Below, in pieces: positions 8,282-16,793 of a stretch of 50,115 nucleotides of DNA. Each line of letters begins with the position of its first letter. Positions within the stretch are counted from its first letter, which is position 1. Source of the stretch: Phycisphaerales bacterium (GTDB lineage Bacteria > Planctomycetota > Phycisphaerae > Sedimentisphaerales > Anaerobacaceae); the NCBI GenBank assembly GCA_011057845.1, contig DSDB01000614.1:1-50115 (forward strand), given 5' to 3'. The translations under genes and the position numbers were made by a program. The notes under the pieces were generated by a model. That model was not told where the DNA came from, ran no database searches, and saw only the letters and a list, made by a program, of their open reading frames with translations.

Positions 8282-9097
8282 TTAGAGCAGATTCAGCGCC
8301 ATCTGCGGCATCGTGTTGGCCTGCGACAACATCGCGATGCCGGCCTGGGCGAGCACCTGGCTCCTCGTGACCTGGGCCATTTCGCTGGCGACGTCCACAT
8401 CCGAGACACGCGACTCGGCGGACATCAGGTTCTCGGCCTGGATGTTGAGAACGTTGATCGTGCCTTCGAGCCGGTTCATCTTGTAGCCGAACTTGGCCCG
8501 TGCCGTGTCCTTGTTGGAGATGGCCGTGTCGAGGTTTGTCAGAGCCACCTTGGCGCTGGCCTCCGTCGAGATCGCCAGACCGGTGATCGCCAGACCTCCC
8601 GAGGCACTGGTCAAATTGCTGCCGGTGATGTCAATCTTGTCCGAGGTCAACTCGCCGAAATGGATGGACCGGGTGGTGCTGTTGTCCAACATGCTGATGC
8701 CGTTGAACTTGGTGGCCGAAGCGATGCGGTCGATCTCCAGCCTCATTTCGTCGAACTCCTGGTGCATGATCCACCGCTGCCCCGAGGAGTACGAACCCGT
8801 CGCGGCCTGTTCGGCCAATGACTGCATACGAATCAGGGCGTCGTCGATGGTCGCCATCGCCCCTTCCATCGTCTGCAACATGCTGATTCCGTCGCGGGCG
8901 TTCCGCGCGCCCTGCTTGATGACGGCAATGTCGGCCCGCATCAACTCGCGAACGGCCAAACCAGCGGCGTCATCGCGGGCACTATTGATGCGGAGGCCCG
9001 AAGACAGCTTCTCAACTGACTTGCTCAATGCCTCGTACGCGTCGCCGACGTGGCGAGCCGCGTTGACCGACATCAAGTTGCTCTTGATTGCTAACAT
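8282..9097 (-). CDS. fliC: Flagellin (short, 271 aa, D0/D1 only)
   Basis: N-terminal KLSSGLRINSARDDAAGLAV and ARNARDGISMLQTMEGA. C-terminal DVASEMAQVTRSQVLAQAGIAMLSQANTMPQMALNLL. AAGGAG RBS 7 nt upstream of the ATG. Confidence 0.95.
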   Translation of the reverse strand: MLAIKSNLMSVNAARHVGDAYEALSKSVEKLSSGLRINSARDDAAGLAVRELMRADIAVIKQGARNARDGISMLQTMEGAMATIDDALIRMQSLAEQAATGSYSSGQRWIMHQEFDEMRLEIDRIASATKFNGISMLDNSTTRSIHFGELTSDKIDITGSNLTSASGGLAITGLAISTEASAKVALTNLDTAISNKDTARAKFGYKMNRLEGTINVLNIQAENLMSAESRVSDVDVASEMAQVTRSQVLAQAGIAMLSQANTMPQMALNLL

Positions 9098-9210
9098 GTC
9101 AAGACTCCTTAAGAAAACAAACGTTCACTTTCTTGCGGCCTGTCAAGTCCGAAGATTTCCACTGTATGCACACAACTGCCGATCTCCGCGCAGCGTGCGT
9201 TCAATGCTCA

Positions 9211-9237
9211 TTTTCGATGGCAAAAACTAAAACTTGA
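9211..9237 (-). promoter_or_regulatory. sigma28-type promoter candidate for fliC
   Basis: Minus strand reads TCAAG, 16 nt, CGAAAA (plus-strand CTTGA 9233-9237, TTTTCG 9211-9216). Same spacing as the flgM-like and fliD promoters. Implies a 5' UTR of about 105 nt. Confidence 0.55.
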
Positions 9238-9409
9238 GGCACCAACACGGCCTCGCGCCTCCCCTTGTCGCGCCGGCCCTGTAAAACGCGGAGTGGAAAT
9301 ACTGGTATCGCTGATTCCCATGAAGCAAGACGCCAAAGATTTTTTCTATTTTACCTGAATTACCCATATCCCCAATCTTTGCCCGAAACTGCTCAGCCAA
9401 TAGCCGGCA

Positions 9410-9425
9410 GGGAATCATCTTTGCG
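9410..9425 (+). promoter_or_regulatory. Weak sigma54-like box upstream of the GT4 gene
   Basis: GGGAATCATCTTTGCG has GG and GC at exact -24/-12 spacing and a good TTTGC -12 element. The -24 element is GGAAT, as in the fliK candidate. Confidence 0.3.
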
Positions 9426-9489
9426 GAATTGCCGATAATACCCCAGCTTGAGTAAGGCCCAAGAGGGATCCGAGCCGATAGCTTAGGGT

Positions 9490-10506
9490 ATGGACAGACG
9501 AACGTCCGAGAAAACACTGCTCGTTTTCAACTGCCACGAGGCATGGGTCTACCAGCTCGGCACACTCGGCCTGCCATTGGACATCGTGGTCGGTCTGGAC
9601 GGTCGGCATACCGAAGGGTGGGACCTCCAGATGCGGCCGCTCCCAACCAACGCCAGACTCATCCGCCTTGACGACGCCCTTGCTCACCCCAACCCCTACT
9701 ACTATTGTATTATCACACACAACGTCGCGGACCTGATGCAGATCAAGCACCGGTCGGAGCCGCGCCTTCTGGTTATTCACTCCACGATTGAGGGCCGGCG
9801 TCTGGAAGAACGGTCCCAGGTCGAACCGGAACGGATGCGGCAGACCCTTCGGACCTATCTGACCCTCGTGGGTGGCCATGCCGTGGCGGTTTCGGCACTG
9901 AAGGGGCGGAGCTGGGGTTTCACGGAGGATATCGCACCGTTCTGTGCCGATCTTCGGGACTACCGGTCATATACAGGCGACTGGCCTTGCGGCCTGCGGA
10001 TATGCAATTTTATCTCAAGCCGTCGTAATATTTTGATGTGGGACTTCCACGAACAGGCATTCGCGGGACTGCCCGTCAAGCTGGTGGGCCACAATCCGGA
10101 CTTGCCGGGCGTCCGGGCCACCGAGGACTGGGAGCAGTTGAAGGCGTACCTGCAATCCCACAGGTTTTACATTCATACCGCCGATCCCAGCCTGGAGGAC
10201 GGCTATAATATGGCGACCATGGAGGCCATGGCCGCTGGCATGCCCATCCTTGGTAACAAGCATCCCAGTTCCCCCGTCGAGCACGGGGTCAGCGGCTTCT
10301 TGAGCGACGATCCCCAAGAGCTGAACGCTTACGCACGGACCCTCCTTGAAGATCGAGACCTTGCCGTGCGGATGGGACAGGCGGCGCAGTCCTGTGCCCG
10401 GCGTCAATTCAGCGTCGAGGGCTTTCGACAGAAGTTCCTGCGATCCATCGAGGTGGCACGGGCTAAGTCCTCCACCTGCACAGCCCCCGCGACCATGCCT
10501 CTATGA
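9490..10506 (+). CDS. GT-B fold glycosyltransferase (GT4-like)
   Basis: 338 aa. C-terminal Glycos_transf_1-type motif EDGYNMATMEAMAAGMPILGNKHPSSPVEHGVSGFL. Divergent from fliC. Confidence 0.8.
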   Translation: MDRRTSEKTLLVFNCHEAWVYQLGTLGLPLDIVVGLDGRHTEGWDLQMRPLPTNARLIRLDDALAHPNPYYYCIITHNVADLMQIKHRSEPRLLVIHSTIEGRRLEERSQVEPERMRQTLRTYLTLVGGHAVAVSALKGRSWGFTEDIAPFCADLRDYRSYTGDWPCGLRICNFISSRRNILMWDFHEQAFAGLPVKLVGHNPDLPGVRATEDWEQLKAYLQSHRFYIHTADPSLEDGYNMATMEAMAAGMPILGNKHPSSPVEHGVSGFLSDDPQELNAYARTLLEDRDLAVRMGQAAQSCARRQFSVEGFRQKFLRSIEVARAKSSTCTAPATMPL

Positions 10507-10597
10507 GAGTATCGGAACGGACCCTCGCCGATCCCAAGCGAACGCCGCCGCGTAGTGAGCCAACTCGACGGCCACATGTTCAAACACGTTCGCCCAG

Positions 10598-11023
10598 TCA
10601 CCCAGCCGCTGTTGTCCGGGGCTGGCCGCCAGCCATCTGCACAAGTGCCTCGCCAACCTGCTCGAACACATCCGACCAGTCGTAAGGCTGCCTCTGGCAA
10701 AAGAGCCGGACGGTGGGATACCACGGGCTGTCCGGGCGATCCAGCATCCATTGCCAGGCCGGTTCGGCGCAGGTGAGCCCCCAGGCCGGCCGGCCCATCG
10801 CCCCGGCCAAGTGCAACACGCATGTGTCCACACCGATCAGCAGGTCCAGATTGGCGATCAGCGCCAGTCCGTGAAGAGCCGATACCTCTTGTGGGTGTAC
10901 CGACAGGATATGCCTATACAGGTGTTCAGCATCATCCAGACGGCCTCTGCGGTGGTATCGAAACGCCACATTCAGAGTCGACACGCAGCGAACATCGATA
11001 TTTGTCTTTGGAGCGGACTGCAA
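10598..11023 (-). pseudogene. In-frame collapsed remnant of a TPR + GT9 (heptosyltransferase-family) protein
   Basis: 141-aa ORF. The first ~57 aa look like the first TPR of TPR-GT proteins (RRGRLDDAEHLYRHILSVHPQEVSALHGLALIA). They join directly to the extreme C-terminus of a GT9 domain (NLDLLIGVDTCVLHLAGAMGRPAW....DSPWYPTVRLFCQ). The several hundred residues normally in between are missing. Confidence 0.55.
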
Positions 11024-11048
11024 TGGGGCAAGCTCCCGGCTCTACCTT

Positions 11049-12698
11049 TCAGATGAGCATGTTGATGGAGTTCTCTCCGTCGCTGGAGATTCGCTGCACA
11101 TCGCTACGACCCTGTGCATGATAGGCACGCATTCGCGGAGGCACTGGATTATCCCGTCCCGCATACGCCGAACCCTCTTGCTGGGTCTGCTGACGGTGTG
11201 AGAAGTCCTGCTGGGCCTGGGTCTGTGCGGACTGTGGGTCGCGTGGATTCTGGTGCTGATCCGGCGGGGCGGCCAAGTCGATCCGGCGGATCTGCACGCC
11301 GGCCTCTTGCAGGTTGCGCAGGATTTCCGGTAATGCCTGCTGGATTTCCGCTCGTGTCTGGGCCTTGGCAACCTCAACGAGTGCGGTTATCTGGCCCGCG
11401 TTCTCTTCGAATCTCACGGTCACGCGGCCCAGTTCCGGTGGATTCAGGCGAATTGTGACCTGGCTGCGCCCCTCGTCAACGGAACTCTGAATAGACTGGC
11501 GAATCTGCCCGGCCGGGTCGTTCGCCGCATCGCTGGAGGGCGTATCCGACGGGCGTTGAGACGAGACGCTTGCTCGGCTGACGCCCTCGGGGGTGTTTGG
11601 GACGGACTCAGACCCTGGAATCGCGAACGCATCGGATTGCTGAGCTAGTCTGCCCCCGCCGTCGCCACGCCCACCGGCATCGGGTTCGTTTTGCGCAGCG
11701 GCTTGTGTGGCCTGCATCATCGCCGGCTTCTGGGCTCCTGCAGGTGCGTCCTGTTGCTGCGCAGGCGTCTGTTTCTGTGCTGTCGCGGGCTTGTCCGCAT
11801 CCGAGGCCGTTTCAGGGCGTTTCTCAGGATCAACCGTCGGCGTATGCCTATCGGGGCTCATTTGGGGCGTTTGGGCAACGGGACTGTTCTGGGGCTTTGC
11901 CGGGCTGTCCGACAGCGGCGTTTGTGAAGCGATGGAAGGTTTTGCTTGTGTGTGTTCGTCGGCCGCGTTGGGAGCGGGTTTGCCCTTGAGAGACTTGGCC
12001 GCTGCCGGCATCTGGCCGGCTTGGGCGTCGGTCGCGAGCATGGCCCGACCGGCTCGCTCTGGGCGTAGTGCCTGTTCGGGCATGTTCGGCGGGGCGGGCC
12101 CCGCAGACGCAGCCGGTGTAACGACAGCCCTTGTACCGGGTTCGGTTCCGTGGATGGCTTTGGCGGCCTTCTCAGGCACGCCCGCCGGGGTGGCGTCTCC
12201 CGTGTCGTTCGCGGGCAACGACTTCGCTTCCCCAGCCAACCCAAGTGTTTGCCCCTTGGGTAAAACGCCAGCCTTTGGGGCAATCGCGCCTGGGCCAAGG
12301 CTTCTGTCTGCAATACCTGTGGGCCGTAGAGCCGCCACGAACGAGTCGATGGTTTGGCCCAAGGCGGCGGTAGTCTTATCCGGCCTTCTGACGCTGGTTT
12401 CGGACCAAGCCACCGGCTTGCCGGTCGTGGACCCAGCCTCGGACCCTGCTTTGTCGGATCGCTTGGCCAGAGGCTCGCCGGCCGCCACGGCCACACGAGG
12501 GCCTACGCCGCCCGAATTTGGCTGAGGCACCTCGAATCCTGGACACCGGCCGTCGGGTGGTCGCGGTTTGGAGCCACGGCTAGGCACCGCACCGGGATAG
12601 TCGGCCTCAGGCCGTGCAGTCTGGGGCCTCCGCTGGACCACCATCTCGGCCACGCCGGCTATCCGAGGCATACCGATAGCGGACAGAGTATCACTCAT
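11049..12698 (-). CDS. fliK: Flagellar hook-length control protein FliK
   Basis: 549 aa. Long Pro/Ala/Gln-rich ruler region plus a C-terminal Flg_hook domain (VTIRLNPPELGRVTVRFEENAGQITALVEVAKAQTRAEIQQALPEILRNLQEAGVQI). Confidence 0.85.
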   Translation of the reverse strand: MSDTLSAIGMPRIAGVAEMVVQRRPQTARPEADYPGAVPSRGSKPRPPDGRCPGFEVPQPNSGGVGPRVAVAAGEPLAKRSDKAGSEAGSTTGKPVAWSETSVRRPDKTTAALGQTIDSFVAALRPTGIADRSLGPGAIAPKAGVLPKGQTLGLAGEAKSLPANDTGDATPAGVPEKAAKAIHGTEPGTRAVVTPAASAGPAPPNMPEQALRPERAGRAMLATDAQAGQMPAAAKSLKGKPAPNAADEHTQAKPSIASQTPLSDSPAKPQNSPVAQTPQMSPDRHTPTVDPEKRPETASDADKPATAQKQTPAQQQDAPAGAQKPAMMQATQAAAQNEPDAGGRGDGGGRLAQQSDAFAIPGSESVPNTPEGVSRASVSSQRPSDTPSSDAANDPAGQIRQSIQSSVDEGRSQVTIRLNPPELGRVTVRFEENAGQITALVEVAKAQTRAEIQQALPEILRNLQEAGVQIRRIDLAAPPDQHQNPRDPQSAQTQAQQDFSHRQQTQQEGSAYAGRDNPVPPRMRAYHAQGRSDVQRISSDGENSINMLI

Positions 12699-12712
12699 AT
12701 ACTCGAATCCTG

Positions 12713-12728
12713 TGCAACCGCCATTCCA
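12713..12728 (-). promoter_or_regulatory. sigma54-type promoter candidate facing fliK
   Basis: Minus strand reads TGGAATGGCGGTTGCA, with GG and GC at the canonical -24/-12 spacing. Caveat: it lies only ~14 nt from the annotated ATG, so either the mRNA is nearly leaderless or the true fliK start is downstream. Confidence 0.35.
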
Positions 12729-13036
12729 AGGTATCCCCGCCCACGAAACATTACGTAAAATGCTTTCATGTAAGGACTTACATCTTTACAGTCAACTCAT
12801 ATTCGTCCGGCGCATCCGGCGGCCGTTACGAGACGGCGAGATGTTCCGCCAGCAGAGGCAGGAATTTCCGGCTACGTGTCTTGAGGGCCCTCCGACGGTG
12901 GCCTGTAGGAATACCGTCGGGCTGTATAGAATCCCGACGCCGCAGGCCAGGGCAGGTCCGGCCGTCCGGGTGCGGAAACGGCCATTGCACGCCACAGGAC
13001 AGGTTTCTAATCCGCCGACAGGGCGAGATGGTTGGT

Positions 13037-13052
13037 TGGCACGGTTCTTGCA
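13037..13052 (+). promoter_or_regulatory. sigma54 promoter of the flgB operon
   Basis: TGGCACGGTTCTTGCA is a full match to TGGCACG-N4-TTGCW. It lies 49 nt upstream of the flgB ATG. Confidence 0.8.
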
Positions 13053-13100
13053 GCCACCGGACGGGTGGTGAAGGTTTGTTGAACTGGCACGGACAGCTAT

Positions 13101-13460
13101 ATGAGCAAGACAGACGTCGTATTTGATCTGATCACGGCCGGGTTGCGGGCGGAGGGACTCCGCCAGAAGGCCATCGCCAACAACATCGCAAACCTTGAGA
13201 CGCCCGGGTACCGCCGGATTGACGTCCGGTTCGAGGAACTGGTGGCCAAGGCGATACAGGCGGGCGATGAGGCGGAGATCGACGAACTGGAGCCGCAGGT
13301 CTACCAGCCGATGGTCACCCGGGTCGCGTCGAACGGCAACGACGTGAGTCTGGAACATGAGGTAGGCCAGATGGTGCAGAACACCCTGCGTCACAGCGCC
13401 TTGGTGAAGTTGCTGAACAAGAGACTCCAACAGATAGCCCTGGCTATGCAGGTGCAATAG
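13101..13460 (+). CDS. flgB: Flagellar proximal rod protein FlgB
   Basis: 119 aa. RQKAIANNIANLETPGYRR motif. First gene of the rod/MS-ring operon. Confidence 0.9.
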   Translation: MSKTDVVFDLITAGLRAEGLRQKAIANNIANLETPGYRRIDVRFEELVAKAIQAGDEAEIDELEPQVYQPMVTRVASNGNDVSLEHEVGQMVQNTLRHSALVKLLNKRLQQIALAMQVQ

Positions 13461-13482
13461 CCATTCAAGGCCCGGACACGTC

Positions 13483-13884
13483 ATGGGAACGCATTCGATA
13501 GGACCAATTGACATCGCGGTATCGGGCCTCAAGGCCCAGGGCCAGAACATACGGCTGATCACCTCGAACGTGGCCAACTCGCAGACGACACAGACGGGTT
13601 CCGGCGAGCCTTACCGGAGGGTCGAGGCGGTTCTGAAGGCGGCCGCTGACCCGTTCGGAGGCGTCATGGTCGATGAAGTCGTGGCCGATATGAGCCAGTT
13701 CCCGCTGGTCTACAAACCGGGCCACCCCAATGCCGACGCACAGGGTTACATTCAGATGCCGAATGTGAGTCTGCCGATGGAGATGATCAACTTGAACGTC
13801 GCCACACGGGCATACCAGGCCAACGCGGCGGTGCTTAAGCGTTACCAGCGGATGGTTGAGACGTCGCTGGAGCTACTGAGGTAA
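13483..13884 (+). CDS. flgC: Flagellar proximal rod protein FlgC
   Basis: 133 aa. SGLKAQGQNIRLITSNVANSQTT, then C-terminal MPNVSLPMEMINLNVATRAYQANAAVLK. Confidence 0.9.
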   Translation: MGTHSIGPIDIAVSGLKAQGQNIRLITSNVANSQTTQTGSGEPYRRVEAVLKAAADPFGGVMVDEVVADMSQFPLVYKPGHPNADAQGYIQMPNVSLPMEMINLNVATRAYQANAAVLKRYQRMVETSLELLR

Positions 13885-13896
13885 GGACGCCATTCT

Positions 13897-14220
13897 ATGA
13901 TTAATCCAATGACGAATATCAATCCCCTGGCGGGCCCCGCCGGAGTGCCGGGTTCATTGGCGGGCAAGACAGGCGCTCCCGAGGCCGGCGACAGCCAATT
14001 CTCCAAGGCCGTCGGCGCGGTGGGCAAGTACCTTTCGCACGTCGACAGTCTCCAGACGGGCTCCGATGTTTCGATCAAGGAGCTTCTGGCGGGCAAGAAT
14101 GAGGACATCAACACCGTTGTCGCCGCTGTGGCGAAGGCGGATATGAGCTTCAAGCTGCTGGTCGGCGTCCGAAACAAACTGATCGAGGCGTACCAGAAAA
14201 CCATGAATATGCCCATCTAG
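13897..14220 (+). CDS. fliE: Flagellar hook-basal body protein FliE
   Basis: 107 aa. C-terminal VAAVAKADMSFKLLVGVRNKLIEAYQKTMNMPI is the FliE signature. Position after flgC. Confidence 0.85.
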   Translation: MINPMTNINPLAGPAGVPGSLAGKTGAPEAGDSQFSKAVGAVGKYLSHVDSLQTGSDVSIKELLAGKNEDINTVVAAVAKADMSFKLLVGVRNKLIEAYQKTMNMPI

Positions 14221-14249
14221 CCGGCGGTTCGATTCGGAGTTGACAGGCA

Positions 14250-15791
14250 TTGGCCGAGTTCCTGCACAAAATACGAGCGATCTGGGAGGGCGTCAGCATC
14301 GTCCAGAGAGCGCTGCTGATCGCACTGGTGCTGGCGATGGCGGGAATATCCGCGGTGCTTGTCTACTGGGCGAAACGTCCGGATATGCGTCTGCTCTACT
14401 CCGAGCTATCCCCGGAGGACGCAGCCAAAATCACGGACAAGATCGTCGAACGGGGCCTGCGATACGAATTGCGTAGCAGCGGCACGTCAGTCTATGTGCC
14501 GCAGGAACACGTTCACCAGCTTCGCCTGGACATGGCTAAGGACGGGCTTCCCGTGGGCGAACAGAGCGGCTATCGCATCTTCGAGAAGGAAAAGATCGGC
14601 GTCAGCCCGTTTGTTCAGAACGTTAATCTCAAGCGGGCGTTGCAGGAGGAGCTGGCCAAGAGCATTCAGATGATTGACGGCATCGTCCACGCCCGATTGC
14701 ACATCGTCACGGGCGAGCAGACGGCGTTCGCGGTCGGCAGCGCCCGGACCAGCGCCGCCGTCGTCCTGAAACTCAAGCCCGGTTACAAGATCAGCGCGAC
14801 GAACGTAGCGGCCATCACCCATCTTGTCAGCGGCGCCGTCGAAGGGCTCCGCCCCGACGCCGTGACGATCGTGGACAGCCAGGGGCAACTGCTAAGCCGC
14901 AAGACCGACGCCGGGATAAACGCCGGGGGCGCTGAGACAGTGCATGACTTCCGCGAGCGGGTGGAGACCAGTCTCTCGTCGAAGGTCGAGGACATGCTCA
15001 CCCTGGTCCTGGGTCCGAATCGCGCCTCGGTTCGTGTCAGCGCCGTCATTGACATGAACAGTGTCAGTACGGTTAAGGAGACCTATGATCCGACGGGCAA
15101 GGTAATCACAAGCGAGGAGATCACAAGCGGCCAGGAGCCGGTGGCAGGAGGCCAGACAGCCGGTGCATCGAGCCTGAAGAAAGACGAGACCATCAAGACC
15201 GAGTATGAGGTCGGCAAGACGGTCACACAGGAGACGATTCTGCCCGGTTCGATCAAATCGCTTTCGGTGGCGGCGTTTGTGGACTTGTCGCTGGATGATC
15301 CGGACCCGGCCCAATCCGGCCAGACGGCCGGCAAGTTGATGCAGGTCGAAGACGTGCAGGAGATTATCAAGAACGCCCTGGGTCTGTCGGATACCTCGGC
15401 CATCAAGGTCATCGATGTGAAGTTCAGTCGATCCACGGGTCTGCCGGCGGAAGAGCAAGGCGGGGGACTAACGAACTACCTGGAGATCGCCCGGCAGGCG
15501 TCCATGGGCACAATGGCGATTTGTGCGCTGGTGGCGTTCCGGCTGCTTGCGGGTCCGAGGAAGAAGGTGGCACAGGTCAAGGCCGGCCGCAAAGCCATGG
15601 GCAAGGGGACTGGTGATGAAATGGCCGCGGCGGCCATCGGAGCCGGTTCGGTGGCAATGGCCGCCTTGCCCGGAAGTCCGGACGGACAGGGCGAACAGAT
15701 CGCAGTTCGCCGCCAGATTGCCCTGGCCCTCAAGGAAGACCCCGAACGTGTCAGGCAGTTGTTCGCAAGCTGGCTGGAGGAAAGGAGTTAG
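14250..15791 (+). CDS. fliF: MS-ring protein FliF
   Basis: 513 aa. N-terminal TM segment, YELRSSGTSVYVPQEHVHQLRLDMAKDGLP, C-terminal TM segment and a FliG-binding tail. TTG start with GGAG upstream. Confidence 0.9.
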   Translation: MAEFLHKIRAIWEGVSIVQRALLIALVLAMAGISAVLVYWAKRPDMRLLYSELSPEDAAKITDKIVERGLRYELRSSGTSVYVPQEHVHQLRLDMAKDGLPVGEQSGYRIFEKEKIGVSPFVQNVNLKRALQEELAKSIQMIDGIVHARLHIVTGEQTAFAVGSARTSAAVVLKLKPGYKISATNVAAITHLVSGAVEGLRPDAVTIVDSQGQLLSRKTDAGINAGGAETVHDFRERVETSLSSKVEDMLTLVLGPNRASVRVSAVIDMNSVSTVKETYDPTGKVITSEEITSGQEPVAGGQTAGASSLKKDETIKTEYEVGKTVTQETILPGSIKSLSVAAFVDLSLDDPDPAQSGQTAGKLMQVEDVQEIIKNALGLSDTSAIKVIDVKFSRSTGLPAEEQGGGLTNYLEIARQASMGTMAICALVAFRLLAGPRKKVAQVKAGRKAMGKGTGDEMAAAAIGAGSVAMAALPGSPDGQGEQIAVRRQIALALKEDPERVRQLFASWLEERS

Positions 15792-15793
15792 AG

Positions 15794-16789
15794 GTGGCGC
15801 TCACAGGTAGGCAAAAGGCCGCGATGTTGCTGATGAGCCTCGATATGTCGACGGCAACCGAGTTGATCAAAGGTCTCGGTGCCGATACGGTACAGGCCAT
15901 TGCCGTGGAAATGGCGTATCTGGATGCGTCGGGCCTGCGAAACAGCCGCCAGAGCGAAGAAGTGGCGCGGCAGTTCTGCGAGTCGCTCGACAGCCGTCCG
16001 GCATTCCACTTGAAGAATTTCTTACGCCACGCGTTGACGAACACCGTAGGCCAGGAACAGGCCGAACATATTCAGAGGCAACTCCAGACCCTGGTGTATC
16101 AACGTGATCCGTTCCTGCCGATCCGGACGGCCCCGGCGGCGGCTATCAGCAAGGCGCTGGAGGGGGAGCATCCGCAGGTCGCGGCGGTCGTGCTGTCGGA
16201 ACTTGACCCGAAGGTCAGTTCTCAGGTGCTTGGGACGCTGGGCGAAGGGGTCCGCCTGAGCGTGATTGCGCGGATGACACGCACGGAACAGATGACACCG
16301 GAGGCCAGAGGCCGCATTGCGGAGACCGTGTGTAACCGGCTCAAGTCTCTGGGCGGCGGCAGCAACGGAGACGTCGATCAGCGCGACGCGGCGCTGCGCC
16401 GGGTGGCCGTGATTCTGCGAAACCTCGGCAAGGACCTGCGGGACGGTCTGCTCGAAGCCATCGGTGAGAAGGATGCGCAGACCCGACGGTCGGTATCGCA
16501 ACTGATGGTCGTCTGGGAAGACATCCCCACCATCACGGATCGTTCGCTCCAGGAGGCCCTGCGGGGCATTGACTCGCAAAAGCTGGCGTTGGCGCTGCAT
16601 AAGGCCGAAGAGCCTATTGCCAGGAAGATTCGTGTAAACATCTCGGAGCGAGCGGCCCAAATGCTGGACGAGGAGGCCTCGCTGATGTCGAGTCCGACCC
16701 GAGAGGATGTGGGTCAGGCGAGGGAGCATGTGGTGCAGACCCTTCGTGACGCCAATGAAAAGGGCGCTCTGGCATTCATGGAAGATTAG
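15794..16789 (+). CDS. fliG: Rotor/switch protein FliG
   Basis: 331 aa. LTGRQKAAMLLMSLD N-terminus. C-terminal torque-helix region with RVNISERAAQMLDEE. AAGGAG RBS. Confidence 0.9.
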   Translation: MALTGRQKAAMLLMSLDMSTATELIKGLGADTVQAIAVEMAYLDASGLRNSRQSEEVARQFCESLDSRPAFHLKNFLRHALTNTVGQEQAEHIQRQLQTLVYQRDPFLPIRTAPAAAISKALEGEHPQVAAVVLSELDPKVSSQVLGTLGEGVRLSVIARMTRTEQMTPEARGRIAETVCNRLKSLGGGSNGDVDQRDAALRRVAVILRNLGKDLRDGLLEAIGEKDAQTRRSVSQLMVVWEDIPTITDRSLQEALRGIDSQKLALALHKAEEPIARKIRVNISERAAQMLDEEASLMSSPTREDVGQAREHVVQTLRDANEKGALAFMED

Positions 16790-16793
16790 AGCA

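Noticed and set aside
9227-9517. 96-aa minus-strand ORF in the fliC/GT4 divergent spacer.
   Set aside because: It spans both promoter regions and overlaps the GT4 start. It has no RBS, and its composition is AT-rich and unlike the coding genes here.
11400-12500. Pro/Ala/Gln-rich low-complexity DNA in fliK, considered as a tandem-repeat or contingency locus.
   Set aside because: No exact nucleotide repeat units were seen. The compositional bias is the normal ruler region of FliK.
13085-13100. Second TGGCAC hexamer immediately upstream of the flgB ATG (TGGCACGGACAGCTAT).
   Set aside because: There is no GC dinucleotide at the -12 spacing; GC is 2 nt too close. It also ends at the start codon, leaving no room for a transcript leader. 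The perfect promoter at 13037-13052 explains flgB.
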